Part shown: in pieces, positions 60,935-64,000 of the stretch
Layout of the letters: every line of letters starts with the position of its first letter
How positions within the stretch are numbered: position 1 is the stretch's first letter
NCBI GenBank assembly: GCA_018609125.1
Contig: JABAYF010000019.1
Span: 3,911-67,910 of the forward strand
DNA from: Candidatus Nanopelagicales bacterium
Lineage (GTDB): Bacteria > Actinomycetota > Actinomycetes > S36-B12
Direction: 5' to 3'
Length of the DNA stretch: 64,000 nt
Program-made: the position numbers and the translations under genes
Notes under the pieces: model-generated
Databases searched by the model: none
The model's input: only the letters and a program-made list of their open reading frames with translations
What the model was told of the DNA's origin: nothing

Positions 60935-62775
60935 CCGGTCGCATCCATGACGACGACATTGCCGAGGTGCGGGAGCGCACGCGGATCGACGACGTGGTGC
61001 GCGACTATGTGGCACTCAAGCCCGCTGGCGGGGGCTCGTTAAAAGGTCTGTGCCCCTTCCACGATGAGCGTTCACCGTCTTTCCATGTGACACCGAGCAA
61101 GAGCATGTTTTATTGCTTCGGCTGCCAGGAGGGTGGTGACGCCATCAGTTTCCTGCAGAAGATGGATCATCTCAGTTTTACCGAGGCGATCGAAAAGTTG
61201 GCCGGTAAATTCGGCGTCACCTTGCGCTATGTCGAGGGCAATGCGGGCATGGCGCGCCAGCAGGGTCAACGTGCCCGACTCGTCGCTGCCCACAAGTTGG
61301 CCGCTGAGTTCTTCAGCAAGCAGCTGGATCTACCTGCCGCCCAGATTGCTCGGGACTTCCTGACTGAACGTGGGTTCGACCAGCCGGTCTGGGCTACATT
61401 TTCGCTAGGTTTTGCACCGAAGTCATGGGATGGACTTCTTCGCCACCTGCGCTCAGCTGGATTCACCGACGACGAACTGGTTCTCGGTGGTCTGGTCTCT
61501 CGTGGCAGTCGCGGAGTGTACGACCGTTTTCGCGGTCGGCTGTTATGGCCGATTCGCGATTTGAGCGGTGATGTCATTGGCTTCGGCGCCCGCCGACTAT
61601 TCGATGACGACGAGGGTCCTAAATATCTCAATTCGCCAGAGACATCGTTGTATAAGAAGAGCCAGGTGCTCTTTGGGCTGGATTTGGCGCGGCGCGATAT
61701 CGCAAAGTCCCAGTCGGTGGTCATTGTGGAGGGCTACACCGACGTGATGGCGTGTCACCTCGCCGGTGTGCCCACCGCGGTTGCCACGTGTGGCACCGCG
61801 TTCGGTACCGAACACATCAAGGTGCTGCGACGCCTGCTTATGGACGATGAGCGCATGCGCGGTGAGGTCATCTTCACCTTCGATGGCGACGAAGCGGGCC
61901 GTCGGGCGGCGCTGAAGGCTTTCACCGAGGATCAGCGCTTCGTGTCGCAAACCTATGTTGCTGTTGACCCCCACGGACTGGACCCCTGCGATCTTCGACT
62001 CCACCACGGCGATGAAGCAATCCAAGCCCTCGTTGCGGGTCGCGTACCGCTGTTCGCCTTCGCGATCAAATCCGCTCTGGCCGGCTATGATTTGGATTCC
62101 GCCGAGGGCCGCATTCATGCCCTTGAGGAAGCAGCCCCCATTGTGGCGGGCATCAAGGACCCCGCCCTACGTCCAGAATATGTACGCCGCCTCGCCGGTT
62201 GGCTCGGACTTGAACAGACCACCGTTGCCCAGGCAGTAGGAAAGAAGGGCGCATCGCGGACTTCGGCGTTAGCGTCGAATGCACCACAATCTCGACCGGT
62301 GCCTGTGAAATCGACAGACCCGCTCATGGTGCTACAGCGGGAGGTGCTGAAGTGCGCCCTACAGGAACCGGCCCTCGTTGCCGACTGGTACGCCGCCATT
62401 GAAGCCCAGGCATATCCCAATCTCGCCTATGCCCAGGTTCATGAGGCGATTCAGGCGGCCGGCGGCCCCAGCGATCGGCTAGTGGGCGCGGCCTGGGTAG
62501 AGGCGGTCTTAGCCGCGTGCGCTGACGATGACGCTCGACGCGGCGTGCGAGCCCTGGCTGTGGAACCGCTACCGGTACGAGATCAGGTGGATGCTCGCTA
62601 CACCACATCGGTTATCGCGGCACTGTTGGTGAAGGACGCTTCTCGTCGAATTGATGAACTGCGGGGGCGAGTGCAGCGAGCGGCTGAGACCACCACGGAG
62701 CGCGACGACCTGTTTGGCCAGTTGATGGCACTTGAGGCCTATCGCCGCGAACTGCAAGAGCAGACCGAATCATGA
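60931..62775 (+). CDS. dnaG: DNA primase
   Basis: ATG 60931 (ATGA overlap with dgt stop) gives MTGRIHDDDIAEVRERTRIDDVV; zinc finger CPFHDERSPSFHV..CFGC; TOPRIM EGYTDV and DGDEAG. Confidence 0.96.
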   Translation: MTGRIHDDDIAEVRERTRIDDVVRDYVALKPAGGGSLKGLCPFHDERSPSFHVTPSKSMFYCFGCQEGGDAISFLQKMDHLSFTEAIEKLAGKFGVTLRYVEGNAGMARQQGQRARLVAAHKLAAEFFSKQLDLPAAQIARDFLTERGFDQPVWATFSLGFAPKSWDGLLRHLRSAGFTDDELVLGGLVSRGSRGVYDRFRGRLLWPIRDLSGDVIGFGARRLFDDDEGPKYLNSPETSLYKKSQVLFGLDLARRDIAKSQSVVIVEGYTDVMACHLAGVPTAVATCGTAFGTEHIKVLRRLLMDDERMRGEVIFTFDGDEAGRRAALKAFTEDQRFVSQTYVAVDPHGLDPCDLRLHHGDEAIQALVAGRVPLFAFAIKSALAGYDLDSAEGRIHALEEAAPIVAGIKDPALRPEYVRRLAGWLGLEQTTVAQAVGKKGASRTSALASNAPQSRPVPVKSTDPLMVLQREVLKCALQEPALVADWYAAIEAQAYPNLAYAQVHEAIQAAGGPSDRLVGAAWVEAVLAACADDDARRGVRALAVEPLPVRDQVDARYTTSVIAALLVKDASRRIDELRGRVQRAAETTTERDDLFGQLMALEAYRRELQEQTES

Positions 62776-63299
62776 GCGGGAAGCGCGGGCGCAAGCCGTC
62801 GAAGGATTTGGTGAAGTCTGGCGAGCGCATCCTGGCCTGGGCTCAGGTGACCACCATCGAGGAGGCGGAGATTTTTGTTGTGGCGTCAGCGCAAGCCCTT
62901 TACATTCCGTCACTTAATCAGTGGGGCGGCACGGATCAAATGCGTCGGCTGCCGTGGCGGGTGATTGACCGTGCGCATTGGGAGTCGCCCATGCTTACGG
63001 TCGTGGCTGGTGAAGACGGCGCGGACCGCACCTGGCGGATTGATCTGCTTAATCCCGGGAATCTACCCGAGTTTGTGCGAGAGAGAGTGATGGCCATGAT
63101 CGTGGTGTCTGAACACGTGCTGCTCGCCGGCGATCAAGGCGTGCGGTTGGTTGCCCGCCGCCCTGAGTTCGATGTAGACGCTGATGTTGGTTACGACTGG
63201 TCGATGACCTTTGACCCTGGCCTGGACAGCTCGGACCCGGACATAGGTGCTGCAGCGCAACGGGCTCTCACGCATTTGCGCAACACATTCGGGGTCTAG
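62772..63299 (+). CDS. hypothetical protein translationally coupled to dnaG
   Basis: 175-aa ORF; ATGA overlap with dnaG stop; soluble, no motif recognised. Confidence 0.7.
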   Translation: MSGKRGRKPSKDLVKSGERILAWAQVTTIEEAEIFVVASAQALYIPSLNQWGGTDQMRRLPWRVIDRAHWESPMLTVVAGEDGADRTWRIDLLNPGNLPEFVRERVMAMIVVSEHVLLAGDQGVRLVARRPEFDVDADVGYDWSMTFDPGLDSSDPDIGAAAQRALTHLRNTFGV

Positions 63300-63350
63300 T
63301 AGGGCGAGGCAAGAGGCATATCCGCAGTTGCTAAACTAGGCTAGCCATAT

Positions 63351-63423
63351 TCCCCCATAGCTCAATTGGCAGAGCATTCGACTGTTAATCGAAGGGTTCC
63401 TGGTTCGAGTCCAGGTGGGGGAG
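63351..63423 (+). tRNA. tRNA-Asn (anticodon GTT)
   Basis: Hand-folded cloverleaf: acceptor TCCCCCA/TGGGGGA, D arm GCTC/GAGC, anticodon stem TTCGA/TCGAA with loop CTGTTAA, T arm CCTGG-TTCGAGT-CCAGG, discriminator G. CCA is not encoded. Confidence 0.93.
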
Positions 63424-63443
63424 CAAGTTGTTGCTATAGCAGC

Positions 63444-63461
63444 CGCCCGCGAGCGCGGGCG
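63444..63461. terminator. GC-rich hairpin between convergent tRNA-Asn and NlpC/P60 gene
   Basis: CGCCCGCG-AG-CGCGGGCG inverted repeat, 20 nt after the tRNA and 10 nt after the minus-strand stop codon; no U-tract on either strand. Confidence 0.5.
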
Positions 63462-63471
63462 TGCATCAAGA

Positions 63472-64000
63472 TCAACTGTACGGCCGACCGGCCCAAGAGA
63501 AGTTGGCTGTGTTCCAAGGGTTCCAGACACTGGTAATGCGAACACCGCTCCGCGGGCTAGACGCTTCCACGATTTGACCGCCACCGATGTACATCGATGC
63601 GTGGTGTGAGCCGTTCTTGAAGAAGAACAACAGGTCACCGGGTTGCAGATCGCTGGCGGGGATCTGTCGAACTTCGCGCGCCTGCACGTAGGAATACGCG
63701 GTCAACCGCACGCCTGCTTGAGCCCAGGCGGCCGCGGTGAGTTTGGTGCAGTCCCATGAGTTGGGGGGTTGGGCAGCGTAGCTGTAGGGCTTGCCGACCT
63801 GGGCTAGTGCGTAAGCCACAGCGATGGCGGCTTTGCCCGAACCAGCTGTGCTTCCACCATTTCCGACCGACCAACTGCCACCATCATTGGGTCCACCGTT
63901 GGCGGAGTTGCCCGACGAGCCAGAAGAGCCAGAAGAACTGGACGAACCTGAAGATCCTGAAGAACTGGACGAACCTGAAGATCCTGAAGAATTCGATTGA
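63472..64000 (-). CDS. NlpC/P60 family peptidoglycan endopeptidase (5' end beyond window)
   Basis: C-terminal NlpC/P60 domain with catalytic Cys in SWDCTKL and His in SHHASMYIGGG. The frame stays open upstream of the track Met (63819) to the window edge (last full codon 63997-63999), encoding a Ser/Gly-rich linker. Confidence 0.88.
   Translation of the reverse strand, partial: QSNSSGSSGSSSSSGSSGSSSSSGSSGSSGNSANGGPNDGGSWSVGNGGSTAGSGKAAIAVAYALAQVGKPYSYAAQPPNSWDCTKLTAAAWAQAGVRLTAYSYVQAREVRQIPASDLQPGDLLFFFKNGSHHASMYIGGGQIVEASSPRSGVRITSVWNPWNTANFSWAGRPYS
63932..63991 (-). repeat. 27-bp tandem coding repeat (Ser/Gly linker of the NlpC/P60 protein)
   Basis: GAAGAACTGGACGAACCTGAAGATCCT is present twice exactly (63932-63958, 63959-63985) plus a partial third copy; a related 9-bp CCAGAAGAG/CCAGAAGAA periodicity lies just before it. 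Confidence 0.9.

Noticed and set aside
63336-63874. 100-aa and 79-aa minus-strand ORFs
   Set aside because: The first runs through tRNA-Asn. Both are out of frame with the NlpC/P60 reading frame, which has clear catalytic motifs.

Overview
Visibly GC-rich, very tightly packed core-chromosome segment of an actinobacterium (Actinomycetota; order not resolvable by eye). I call about 60 protein genes, 2 tRNAs (Ala-GGC, Asn-GTT), one CIRCE operator, one Zur-box promoter and a few hairpins and repeats. From memory, gene order is collinear with the conserved Streptomyces/Mycobacterium core block. It runs clpP1-clpP2-clpX, valS, folC-DUF4233-ndk, mreB-mreC-mreD-pbp2-rodA, then a radical-SAM pair followed by rne-rplU-rpmA-obg-proB-proA-nadD-(lipoprotein)-rsfS-histidine phosphatase-tRNA-Ala-SGNH. 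It continues with leuS-degV, comEA-comEC-holA, rpsT, lepA-hemW, hrcA-dnaJ-rsmE-HIT, phoH-ybeY-corC-(cdd-like)-EamA-era, recO-uppS-(permease pair), zur-znuCBA, glyQS, and dusB-dgt-dnaG. Many neighbouring genes share 1-16 nt start/stop overlaps, and two convergent pairs overlap at their stops. I found no transposase, integrase, phage gene, CRISPR array, toxin-antitoxin pair or recognisable defence gene. I do not see a convincing new multi-gene system; this reads as an ordinary housekeeping region. The best candidates for a second look are listed here. (1) A Cys-motif permease plus His/Asp-loop partner that converges on zur-znuCBA. (2) The uncharacterised radical-SAM pair fixed in front of RNase E. 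(3) The rne leader, which has a duplicated ribosome-binding-like module and a 3-codon uORF. (4) A 58-aa six-cysteine ORF that falls below the ORF-track cutoff. (5) A frame-split small ORF in the largest gap, upstream of leuS. (6) A cytidine-deaminase-fold protein that lacks zinc ligands, inside the era operon. Several ORF-track starts were moved downstream where SD spacing, conserved N-termini or overlap with a tRNA or operator argued for it. All family names are from motif recognition and memory, not from searches.
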